Origin: an uncultured Candidatus Poseidoniales archaeon
Lineage (GTDB): Archaea; Thermoplasmatota; Poseidoniia; Poseidoniales; Thalassarchaeaceae
Assembly (NCBI GenBank): GCA_902511005.1
Contig: CABXDN010000006.1
Coordinates: 7,846-71,845, forward strand
Direction of reading: 5' to 3'
Length of the DNA stretch: 64,000 nucleotides
This document shows positions 1 to 8,705 of this stretch, piece after piece. Both the position numbers and the translations under genes were made by a program. The notes below the pieces were generated by a model that made no database searches, had not been told where the DNA came from, and was given only the letters and a program-made list of their open reading frames with translations. The stretch's first letter is position 1; every line of letters starts with the position of its first letter.

Positions 1-2
1 AA

Positions 3-3000
3 GTTTCATGGACAAAGAATGGCGAAAATTTCAATGGCATAATATTCGGTAGTTGGACAGATCTTAATGAAAATGGCCCACGTCCTTTTGACGCTTGCGA
101 AGATTTCGATAATAATGGATATGACGAAGTTGAATATTTCGGGGATTTCTCAGATAGAATAAATTCAGTAGTTTGGTTTGATTCTGAGCAAATTGTCAAG
201 TCTGTAACTGTAGATATGTCAAATATATTCTTACAAAATCAGACTAGCGAAAATACCTTTGAATGGCAAGAAGAATGCACTTCGCTTTCAGGATCTGATG
301 TCACTTTAACTTGGAGATTTTTATCCAATGATGATGGAGTCAATGGTAATGCAGGCTCAGCTGGATTCGCTATAGATAATATTAGAATTGAAGAATTTAC
401 TTTCGAGGACGATGGAATCTATACAGTTGACGTTAATGGTATGGATGCATCCGAAAAACAACTAGTTACAGTTGGAAATCATGATTTCCAAAGTGGTATT
501 TATCGTATTGACGTCAAGACTCTATTCGATAATACTGATCCTTTAGATAAATGGTACAACCAATCTGAAGTTACTCCTGCAAATAACTTTACTACAATAA
601 TGTTTAGCATAGCTAGTGCAGATATCACTCTGATGCAACCAGATATATTAGATTGTACTACTGACATAACTTATGCTTGTGTTTACTCTACAAATAAAGA
701 TCAACAAGGAGCCTATGGGGCCTCTTCTCATGACTTTGTCCTTCCATTGTTGAATGGAGTAATAGAAGCAGAATATCAACTAACTATGAAAATCGTGGAT
801 TTAGAAACTGGACAAACAGTCTTTGAAGAAAATTCTGATAATGGACCTTTTGACTTAGTTCCTCATGAGAGGTCATGGGCTAATTGGACCGCACCCTATT
901 CGAATTGGTACGATTCTCATAAGTACAATATTAGTTTCTTTGCTACTTTCACAGATGATGGTAATAGTTCAGGTAATGAGAGATTCTTCGAGATAGAATT
1001 TTATGATCAAATAGATGTGGCAATATTATCTAACCCAACAGATCAAAATCGACTTCAACAAGTGAAGAAAGATCTTGATGCTATGAATCTGACCTATACT
1101 CAATTGAGAGTAGGGGATTGGGATACGTATGCGACACCAGATTGGATTGAACATTACAATAAGGTATTACTTCCTTGGCAAACTGATTATAACGTAGTTT
1201 ATGGGGATTATTATGAGATAATGGATACAACTAGAGATAGTGATGGCCTGAGTGTTGTTGATGTTCTAGAAAATTTCATGGTTAATGGAGGTACAGTGCA
1301 AATGCACTTAGGCCCATATCAAAATGAGTATGATCCGGGTAGGTTAATCTTCGATATGGCTATTAAAGATAGAAATCAGTATAATTTCTCTACGGATAAT
1401 AGAATTAATTATGAAAATCTTTCAATTGATGACCCATACCACCCTATACTGTTAGGTATCGATAAAGTGACATTTTCTGGGATTCATGCTGGTAATTACG
1501 TTGCAACAGCAGGAATAGATGTAGCATCTCAAGTACAAGCGAATCAGATACCTGCAACTTGTGGTGGCCGAATCAGCGTTACAGGAGGTACTTTCCACAC
1601 ACTGCTTAGAGATACAGATCAAGGGCATTCTCTAATGTCTCTATGTAACAAAGGAGCTGGTGGCTTAATTGTTACAACTATTGACGTTGAGAATCCTAGT
1701 GTGTCCGAATCTTTTGGTGGAGAGAATATACCTCTTCTTTCTAATATGCTTTCATATCATCTAACTCCATACCCTATTGATTTTGGAATTGCAGGTACTG
1801 ATTTCGATTTGATAATTAATGGTGAATCCGTAGATATTAATCCTACTACTGCTGCATACCGTGATAAATATATCAAGAGTAATGCAGATTTAGAATTCAA
1901 TTATCAATCTACTATCCCTGGTCTAACTGCAGATTGGGATTTAGAATCTGGAAATAATGATTCTGTTACTGGATGGGATGGTGAAGTTCTTGATTCGGGC
2001 CTAGTAAGCCATACTAACCAGATCAATCCTTCGATACCAACTATGGGTTCATTCTGCGCTGCTGGTGTAGATGAACCTTGCCGAATTGGTGCTGAATGGT
2101 TATTGACACTATATCTTCATGATGATGCAGGTCACACTAGAATTACTTACATTCGTCTAATTACAAATGATACACTTGCAGATGACTTTTATCCAATTTC
2201 TGCTGCAACTATTATTCACGACCCTTTAACTTCTGAATTCATAACTCCTGCTGGCACTAAGCCAATAGCAGGTGTAGACTGGCCGGTCTACAGAGTTAGG
2301 CTATCAGAAACTGGAGAGACAACAATCCAGTTTACTGGAGAGAATAGTACTGATCCTGACGCACCTCAGGGCGAATCAGGTATTGCTCTATACGAATGGA
2401 GAGTAATCAATGATATGCCTGTTGGTGAATTCAATGATGAACAACACGTTTGGCAGAACCCTGCTGCAGTGACCGATGAATGGAGTTATACCTTCAGAAA
2501 TATCACTACTAGTTCAACAATTGAGAAAGATGTTCGTGTTGAGTTGATTGTGTATGATTTAGCAGGTAAACAAACTCAAAATAAATATCGTATGTATTTC
2601 ATAATAGTTGGAGAAGATGATGGCGATGCTCAACCTGTATGGTCATTTACTTCACCAAGACCCAGTGACTCGCAGTCTTCTGATGACGTGACAATTGTAG
2701 GTAATATTGTTGGTGGTGCTGAAAATAGTGATGTAATGATTGAAGTATCATTAGATCCATTAATTTTAGATTATACTCCTACTCAGAAAATAACTCAAAA
2801 ATCTATTGGTAAGTATAATGTATCTAATAGCTTAGGTGATGGTGATGGGTTTTCAATGTCTTTAGATATATCTGAACTTTATTCAACTAGCGGTGTCAGT
2901 GCTACTCTTTACTTTAGAATTACTGAGGCTGATGGAAGTAGATATGTATTGAGTGAGGAAATAGTCATCAATTTACTTCCTAAAGATGAGTGTGTTCTTG

Positions 3001-3299
3001 ATCCTTCTTCGTCAGGTTGTAATGTCTCAGAAACCGGTGGTTTAAATCCAATTATTATTGGAATTGGTAGTTTAATCGCTGTTTTAGCAATAGTTGGAGT
3101 AACTCTTGTAGCTAGAGGTAGAGGCGGTAAAGATACTGATTCAGACACAGTCGAGCAGTTTGGTGGTGTCGAGCAAATGGATCCAGTTGAAGCATATGTC
3201 CAACAGATGGTTGCATCAGGTTATGATGAACAAACTGCCAGACAGTATGCTGAGCAATACTACGCATCCTACTATGCCCAACAAAAAGGCGGAAATTAA
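3..3299 (+). CDS. large secreted/cell-surface protein, 5'-truncated by the window edge; C-terminal TM anchor plus cytoplasmic tail
   Basis: The frame of the listed 216..3299 ORF stays open back to nt 3 with no stop codon, so the gene begins upstream of the window. Hydrophobic helix IIIGIGSLIAVLAIVGVTLVA lies near the C-terminus, followed by RGRGGK and an acidic/Q-rich tail. No catalytic motif recognised. Confidence 0.6.
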   Translation, partial: VSWTKNGENFNGIIFGSWTDLNENGPRPFDACEDFDNNGYDEVEYFGDFSDRINSVVWFDSEQIVKSVTVDMSNIFLQNQTSENTFEWQEECTSLSGSDVTLTWRFLSNDDGVNGNAGSAGFAIDNIRIEEFTFEDDGIYTVDVNGMDASEKQLVTVGNHDFQSGIYRIDVKTLFDNTDPLDKWYNQSEVTPANNFTTIMFSIASADITLMQPDILDCTTDITYACVYSTNKDQQGAYGASSHDFVLPLLNGVIEAEYQLTMKIVDLETGQTVFEENSDNGPFDLVPHERSWANWTAPYSNWYDSHKYNISFFATFTDDGNSSGNERFFEIEFYDQIDVAILSNPTDQNRLQQVKKDLDAMNLTYTQLRVGDWDTYATPDWIEHYNKVLLPWQTDYNVVYGDYYEIMDTTRDSDGLSVVDVLENFMVNGGTVQMHLGPYQNEYDPGRLIFDMAIKDRNQYNFSTDNRINYENLSIDDPYHPILLGIDKVTFSGIHAGNYVATAGIDVASQVQANQIPATCGGRISVTGGTFHTLLRDTDQGHSLMSLCNKGAGGLIVTTIDVENPSVSESFGGENIPLLSNMLSYHLTPYPIDFGIAGTDFDLIINGESVDINPTTAAYRDKYIKSNADLEFNYQSTIPGLTADWDLESGNNDSVTGWDGEVLDSGLVSHTNQINPSIPTMGSFCAAGVDEPCRIGAEWLLTLYLHDDAGHTRITYIRLITNDTLADDFYPISAATIIHDPLTSEFITPAGTKPIAGVDWPVYRVRLSETGETTIQFTGENSTDPDAPQGESGIALYEWRVINDMPVGEFNDEQHVWQNPAAVTDEWSYTFRNITTSSTIEKDVRVELIVYDLAGKQTQNKYRMYFIIVGEDDGDAQPVWSFTSPRPSDSQSSDDVTIVGNIVGGAENSDVMIEVSLDPLILDYTPTQKITQKSIGKYNVSNSLGDGDGFSMSLDISELYSTSGVSATLYFRITEADGSRYVLSEEIVINLLPKDECVLDPSSSGCNVSETGGLNPIIIGIGSLIAVLAIVGVTLVARGRGGKDTDSDTVEQFGGVEQMDPVEAYVQQMVASGYDEQTARQYAEQYYASYYAQQKGGN

Positions 3300-3366
3300 C
3301 GCGTATGAAATTATACGGGTGCGTTAAAACGTACCTTGAATAACCAGTTGCGAACGCCTTAGTTTT

Positions 3367-4632
3367 ATGGATACATCAGGACCCTACACTGTTGCAGATC
3401 TTTCCTTGGCAGACGCAGGTGAAAAAAGAGTTGCGTGGGCAAGAAGTAGAATGCCTGCTTTAGCCGCTCTTAGGAAGCAAGCGGAGATAGATAAACCTCT
3501 TACTGGACAGAAAGTTTCTGGCTGTCTTCACGTAACTAAAGAAACAGCAATATTAATTGAAACCATAGTTGCTGCCGGTGCAGAAGTTTCATGGTCTGGT
3601 TGTAATCCTCTTTCAACACAAGATGATGTGGCTGCTTGGTTAGCAAGAGAAGGTTACGGGGTTCATGCTTGGTATGGTCAAAGTAACGACGGTTTTTACG
3701 AATGTATTGATCGTACTTTAGATTTCAAACCGACTCTGACGCTTGATGATGGTGCTGACTTAATTTACAGAGTACATAGTAAATATCCCGAATTATCTGA
3801 ATTTATTATTGGTGGTACTGAGGAAACTACAACAGGTGTTCACCGACTTCGAGCAATGGCAGATGCGGGTGAATTGTTATATCCTGTAATAGCAGTTAAT
3901 GATGCTGAGACTAAGTGGGATTTTGATAATGTTCATGGAACGGGACAGTCAACTATTGACGGTATAGTAAGATCAACAAGTGTTCTTCTTGCAGGTAAAG
4001 TGTTTGTAGTTGCAGGATATGGACATTGTGGGCGTGGTCTTGCTAATAGGGCACGAGGATTGGGTGCTAATGTAGTGATTACAGAAATAGATCCAATTTG
4101 TGCTTTAAAAGCCATAATGGATGGTTTTAGGGTAATGAAAATGGATGATGCCGCATCAATTGGTGATATATTCTGTACAGCCACTGGGATGAAAGACGTG
4201 ATAATCGGTCGACATATAGATTCAATGAAAGATGGTGCAATTGTTAGTAACACTGGGCACTATGATTGTGAAATAAATATTCCTGACTTAGAAGAAAGAG
4301 CAGTAGAAGTTTTTACAATTCGCGAAAATAATGAAGCATTTACTTTGAGTAATGGGAGGACAATTCATTTACTTGCGCGAGGACGTTTAGTGAATTTAGC
4401 TGCTGCCGAAGGACATCCTAGTGAGGTTATGGATATGTCCTTTGCAAATCAATTCCTCGCACTTTGTAGATTAGCTAAAGAGGGTAAATCATATTCTAAC
4501 AACGTCTACGATATCACAACAGAACAAGACCGTGAATTAGCGGCATTGAAATTATCTACGACCGGAATTACAATAGATGAACTAACTGATGAGCAAGTAA
4601 ATTATTCTACAGATTACAGTGCTGGAACCTAA
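3367..4632 (+). CDS. ahcY: S-adenosyl-L-homocysteine hydrolase
   Basis: Motifs HVTKETAILIETI, LDDGADL, GGTEETTTGVHRL, AVNDAETKWDFDNVHGTGQS and NAD loop VVAGYGHCGRGLA are characteristic of adenosylhomocysteinase. Confidence 0.93.
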   Translation: MDTSGPYTVADLSLADAGEKRVAWARSRMPALAALRKQAEIDKPLTGQKVSGCLHVTKETAILIETIVAAGAEVSWSGCNPLSTQDDVAAWLAREGYGVHAWYGQSNDGFYECIDRTLDFKPTLTLDDGADLIYRVHSKYPELSEFIIGGTEETTTGVHRLRAMADAGELLYPVIAVNDAETKWDFDNVHGTGQSTIDGIVRSTSVLLAGKVFVVAGYGHCGRGLANRARGLGANVVITEIDPICALKAIMDGFRVMKMDDAASIGDIFCTATGMKDVIIGRHIDSMKDGAIVSNTGHYDCEINIPDLEERAVEVFTIRENNEAFTLSNGRTIHLLARGRLVNLAAAEGHPSEVMDMSFANQFLALCRLAKEGKSYSNNVYDITTEQDRELAALKLSTTGITIDELTDEQVNYSTDYSAGT

Positions 4633-4642
4633 AATAATGATT

Positions 4643-5641
4643 CTACTCTTCCTCTAAATTCCACAGGGGGATTTTCAGTATAAATTTAGAACTCATCTTT
4701 TCATCTGCTTCAATTAGAAGTTCTAGTCTTTGTATAACTGCAGGGCTACGGTTTTTAATCATTGAATTATAAACAATACTCCCTCTTATTGATTCAGGTA
4801 TACATATTTTTCCTGATGAAGTTTCATAATCAATAGCCCGATCAACATCTAGTGCATGTCTATTTCTTCTTTGTAAGAGTCCCATCGATGCCCTTGTTAA
4901 GAAACCAAAAGCCCCGAGTATCATTAAGAAAACAAGTATGAAACCAGGTATGCTTCCTCCTAAAAATGTCATAGATATGCTGCCGAAAATAAATACGACA
5001 GGGGCTATGAAAGCAATTAACCAGAAAGTTGAACTCAATGGCTTGACCTTTTTCATTTTTTCAATTACATCCCATCTTGGATGTGTAGGTTCTTGAGGCC
5101 TGAAAATTTCTTCTTTTTCCATATTAGCGGCTCTTTCAACCATTCTTTTCACACCATCAATCCTTACTGCTTGCTGACTGGACAGTTCATCTAAATCTCC
5201 ACTGAATAATTCTGATAATTTTATGCCACATTCTTCGTATAATCCAAATCTAACTAGTATTGAAATTTGTTCTATCAACGGGTTGACATCTTTGGGGAAT
5301 TGATTTCTATATTCTTCCCACCATTGAAGGGCATCTTCAAGCATACCCAGATTATCTACTAATATCCAGCCACCTATTTTCCATGCTTCAATATTTTTTG
5401 GATTATATAATACAACTTTCCTTAAAGCGGCCATTGCTTTAGCCGATTGTCCGAGGGTAGGTTGTATTTGTTTCCCTCTAGACGGAGGGGGTAGTGACCA
5501 GGTGGCTATTGCCATCCAAGCATCAGTATGATCTTCATTCATATGAACAACATCTTTAGCAAGTTCAATTGCAGATTCAATATCTCCCTTTTCTCTTGAA
5601 TCTAAGGCGTCGAGCCAAATCGTTTCTGGGTCCTTCGACAT
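4643..5641 (-). CDS. TPR-like repeat protein with two central transmembrane helices
   Basis: The N-terminal half has helical-repeat character (AWMAIATW, EAWKIGGW, ALQWWEEY). Hydrophobic segments are FWLIAFIAPVVFIFGSISMTFLGG and IPGFILVFLMILGAFGFL. Function unknown. Confidence 0.5.
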   Translation of the reverse strand: MSKDPETIWLDALDSREKGDIESAIELAKDVVHMNEDHTDAWMAIATWSLPPPSRGKQIQPTLGQSAKAMAALRKVVLYNPKNIEAWKIGGWILVDNLGMLEDALQWWEEYRNQFPKDVNPLIEQISILVRFGLYEECGIKLSELFSGDLDELSSQQAVRIDGVKRMVERAANMEKEEIFRPQEPTHPRWDVIEKMKKVKPLSSTFWLIAFIAPVVFIFGSISMTFLGGSIPGFILVFLMILGAFGFLTRASMGLLQRRNRHALDVDRAIDYETSSGKICIPESIRGSIVYNSMIKNRSPAVIQRLELLIEADEKMSSKFILKIPLWNLEEE

Positions 5642-5703
5642 AAACAGCGGTAATAGTTCTAAGAAATTAAGCCTCGGGTAGAAGGACGTCTGTTAAATGG
5701 GAA

Positions 5704-6558
5704 TTATCTTCTTGAATTGAATTTCTTTCCACTTCTATTATTATCTCTTCTTCTGCTATTTCCAGAACTCGATGAACTTTGACGACTTGTTTGTCTTCGA
5801 GATGAATGATTATTCCCTCGTCTTTCAGTAGATTTTCTATCAGGTCTTCTTGCTCTAGCCTGTGTATTTCTACTGCCTTTGGAACTGTCTGGACCTCCGG
5901 GTTTTCTAACGTCACAACTTGAGCGATTACAGAAATTTTTGCTTGCATAGTTATGATTTTTACATTTCGGACAGATCCAGTCACCTGGTTTTATATTGGA
6001 AACATCACGATTATCTCTTCCTCGATTATTGTCCCTTCCTCGATTATTGTCCCTTCCTCGATTATTATCTCTTCCTCGATTATTATCTCTTCCTCGATTA
6101 TTATCTCTTCCACTTGGTTTCTTTTCATTACAAGTTGATCGATTACAGAATTCTTTATTCGCATAGTTGTGGTTTTTACATTTTGGGCAACGCCAATCAC
6201 CTGGTTTCATGTGAATATCTCTATCGAAACTTCGTCTATCATTTCTACCTCGATTATTATCTCTTCCTCGATTATTATCTCTTCCTCGATTATTTCCGTT
6301 TCTATCATTACGTGGCCTTCTATCTCTTGGTGCAATTTCAACAGGTGAACCCACAGCATTTTCTGCAACTACACCTTCTGCTAGTGGTTTGATATGAATG
6401 AATGCACCGTTTATAGATCCAATTACTGAATCAACCCTTCCGAGGAATTTTCCACCAACAATTCTGATACCTGTATACAGTCCAGGAGCTCTACCTTCGA
6501 AAGATACCAACAACCCCCCTTCATGAGATGGTTGACTGACACTCCCGGAGAAACTCAT
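5704..6558 (-). CDS. Gar1-like (H/ACA RNP) domain protein fused to two RanBP2-type zinc fingers and Arg-rich RGRDNN repeats
   Basis: The N-terminal about 80 aa (KFLGRVDSVIGSINGAFIHIKPL) resembles the archaeal Gar1 core (xGxVxDVFGPVxxPYVxIKP). Two GDW-x-CPKCKNHNY-x5-CNR-x2-C-x3-KP modules are each preceded by a run of RGRDNN repeats. The tail is R/S-rich. Confidence 0.65.
   Translation of the reverse strand: MSFSGSVSQPSHEGGLLVSFEGRAPGLYTGIRIVGGKFLGRVDSVIGSINGAFIHIKPLAEGVVAENAVGSPVEIAPRDRRPRNDRNGNNRGRDNNRGRDNNRGRNDRRSFDRDIHMKPGDWRCPKCKNHNYANKEFCNRSTCNEKKPSGRDNNRGRDNNRGRDNNRGRDNNRGRDNNRGRDNRDVSNIKPGDWICPKCKNHNYASKNFCNRSSCDVRKPGGPDSSKGSRNTQARARRPDRKSTERRGNNHSSRRQTSRQSSSSSGNSRRRDNNRSGKKFNSRR
6005..6112 (-). 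repeat. in-frame 18-bp tandem repeat (about 6 units, CCTCGATTATTATCTCTT on + strand) encoding RGRDNN
   Basis: Direct reading of near-identical 18-nt units, entirely inside the 5704..6558 CDS. Confidence 0.9.
6246..6300 (-). repeat. second block of the same 18-bp coding repeat (about 3 units)
   Basis: The same unit as at 6005..6112 precedes the first zinc finger, indicating duplication of a repeat+ZnF module. Confidence 0.85.
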
Positions 6559-6561
6559 AGT

Positions 6562-8580
6562 TCATTCGCGTCGGGTTGAGTATATGAGACCGATAGTTAG
6601 GGCTAAAATAGTCAAAACAATACTCGACCCAGGTAAAAAACCAGTTTCCTTAGAGTTTTCAACGGGAAGAGTAACCATATCTTCGAATAAATGAGAATTA
6701 TTTACCAACACAACAACTTCGTTACATTTCATTGAAATATCGCAACCAATAACTTTCACTTCATGGATTCCTTCATCCCATAATCCAAAATTTATTATTG
6801 GAGTACTCCAAGAATCTCCTGAAACAGATATACTGCCAGCAGATAGATTATCTATGGATAATGAAAATAGGACCTCTTCTCCGTCTGGGTCGCTAAATTG
6901 ACCTTGTGCCTTCCAAGTATCTACTTCCCATCCATATTCAGAAAGAGTGATCGTTGGTGGCGAACTTTCTTTCATTATATCCAGATAAAATATCCTATTC
7001 ACTGGATATATATTTGCGCCATAAATTTCAATCCATAGATTAACTAAGCCTGGATTTAATCCAACTGATTCGACCATTAGTGTTGTATCGGATATTATTG
7101 TGGTTGTTTCAACTGTAGCCATATTAATATTTCCAGTTTGTGTGAAACTATAATCTAAATTTAATTCGGACCATCCCTGGTTTAGCTCAATTTTTATCGG
7201 ATGTGGGCTTTGGAGAATACTGGAATCTGTCGATACAGAAATCGGAATTCCAAGGTGCCATGTCCTATTTCCAGAACTCTGTCCGGCCACATCAATCGCC
7301 TCACAGGTAACGTCCACAACCCCCTCACTGGGTACAATTCCTGAGAATGATTTATCAGGTCTTTGGAGTATATTCGCAGAATCATCAGCATCACAATTAA
7401 TCTCTAATTGAGTAAGTGGTTTTTCATCGGTAAACCATGACGAAACACTCTCCCATTCGGCCCATACTATTTCTCCACTTTCTAATGAAGGAAACCATGA
7501 TTCATCAAGAGGCGCATTTTCGGTCCAAGCTGGTGGTTCATCAATTGGTATAGGCGCAATTGTAAAATCTGCAAAAATATCTTCTCCACTAGGCCAAATA
7601 CTTTCACTTCTATGAGGGAATAGAGTATACTTGATATTTTCATTATTTTCGAATGTATACGTGGATGAGCCGTCTCCTACGCATGTCCCTCTTAGTGGGG
7701 CATCTTCATGAGTCATAGGCTCGAATTCAACATCTCTTCCTTCGCATTCTTCCCACATGTCTAATCTTAAATCTGGATTACTAGGGAATGTGAAATCTAG
7801 AACAGCATTGGTCATATTAGACGCATTAAATGCGAGAGTAAATTCCTCCCCTTGGGCCATATTAGGTATAACCATCGTAGCATTCATCCATAGTTCAAGT
7901 CTACATTCATCTACTCCCTCAGAAGTTTCAATCAAGATATTGCAATCTCTTTCTGAATTGGGATAAACCGGAACTTCTTCACAATCATTACTAGATCCTA
8001 TAGCAGTGCAATCTCTTATGTCTGCATGATTAGAAGGGACTAAATTCCACTCTTCTATTATGACGCCATTATCTTGCCAAGTAGCATTCTTCCAATCTAA
8101 CCCTACGCCTCCCCTATGGGGTGAAGACTCTCTCAATCCTATTCGAGTCATCGCATATTCTATACATTCTGAAGCAACAGCCTCAACGGCTGATTTTTCG
8201 TCAGTTGAAATCCAACCGTCCCCTCCACTAGGATACAACTCTTCCAAATATGAATCAAGTTTTTCTCTCAACAAATCAACACTGCTGCCATTTATCCATG
8301 CTCTCGCTTCTACCTCTGCAGAATTCCAGTCGTCATCGACTACAATGTCAAAATGTGCATGGGTGTAAGGTAGAATATCTTCGAAAGTAATAGAACTGCA
8401 CCTATCTTCTATACTCCCACCTCCACCTCCCAGTTGATTTTTAGTTATTATTTCTGTATCTAGTTGATTATCTTTATTTTCTAATGGAAAAAACATTGAA
8501 AACATAAGAATAACGCAGATTGTCGTCAAAATTCCCGTTCGTCCAGAATAACTCACAATATATCGAGAAGGTATACTCAC
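6562..8580 (-). CDS. secreted/surface protein of unknown function (N-terminal signal anchor, C-terminal LPGSS-TM-RRE tail)
   Basis: N-terminal hydrophobic segment ILTTICVILMFSMFF. C-terminal GFLPGSSIVLTILALTIGLIYSTRRE. No catalytic motifs recognised. Confidence 0.5.
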   Translation of the reverse strand: MSIPSRYIVSYSGRTGILTTICVILMFSMFFPLENKDNQLDTEIITKNQLGGGGGSIEDRCSSITFEDILPYTHAHFDIVVDDDWNSAEVEARAWINGSSVDLLREKLDSYLEELYPSGGDGWISTDEKSAVEAVASECIEYAMTRIGLRESSPHRGGVGLDWKNATWQDNGVIIEEWNLVPSNHADIRDCTAIGSSNDCEEVPVYPNSERDCNILIETSEGVDECRLELWMNATMVIPNMAQGEEFTLAFNASNMTNAVLDFTFPSNPDLRLDMWEECEGRDVEFEPMTHEDAPLRGTCVGDGSSTYTFENNENIKYTLFPHRSESIWPSGEDIFADFTIAPIPIDEPPAWTENAPLDESWFPSLESGEIVWAEWESVSSWFTDEKPLTQLEINCDADDSANILQRPDKSFSGIVPSEGVVDVTCEAIDVAGQSSGNRTWHLGIPISVSTDSSILQSPHPIKIELNQGWSELNLDYSFTQTGNINMATVETTTIISDTTLMVESVGLNPGLVNLWIEIYGANIYPVNRIFYLDIMKESSPPTITLSEYGWEVDTWKAQGQFSDPDGEEVLFSLSIDNLSAGSISVSGDSWSTPIINFGLWDEGIHEVKVIGCDISMKCNEVVVLVNNSHLFEDMVTLPVENSKETGFLPGSSIVLTILALTIGLIYSTRRE

Positions 8581-8627
8581 ATCATTATATCGTTTTTATA
8601 TTCATAGATTTTTCGAATATAATCACT

Positions 8628-8647
8628 AATTTAGGTGAGCCTAAATT
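8628..8647. promoter_or_regulatory. palindromic operator candidate AATTTAGG-TGAG-CCTAAATT (site 1)
   Basis: Perfect 8+8 inverted repeat in the divergent intergenic region between the 6562..8580 (-) and 8706..10355 (+) genes. The core TTTAGG-N4-CCTAAA recurs at 8673, 12745 and 16952. Confidence 0.55.
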
Positions 8648-8672
8648 TGATATACTCCATCCTACTCCGAAG

Positions 8673-8688
8673 TTTAGGGCGACCTAAA
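8673..8688. promoter_or_regulatory. palindromic operator candidate TTTAGG-GCGA-CCTAAA (site 2)
   Basis: Ends 17 nt upstream of the ATG at 8706. Same core as the other three sites. Confidence 0.55.
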
Positions 8689-8705
8689 GATACGGAGATA
8701 GAAAT

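Noticed and set aside
3300-3366. Short inverted repeat CGTAT-GAAATT-ATACG after the first gene
   Set aside because: The stem is only 5 bp, too weak to call a terminator or regulatory hairpin.
6005-6300. Regular short direct repeats that could be mistaken for a CRISPR-like or satellite array
   Set aside because: The units are 18 bp with no spacers, are in frame, and encode RGRDNN inside a CDS. This is not a CRISPR architecture.
5667-6392. Cluster of overlapping ORFs (5667..5984 -, 5919..6392 +, 5953..6138 +, 5991..6200 -)
   Set aside because: They arise from the 18-bp tandem repeats being open in several frames (products such as IIIEEE or LDYYLF repeats). Only the 5704..6558 frame gives recognisable domains (Gar1-like, zinc fingers).
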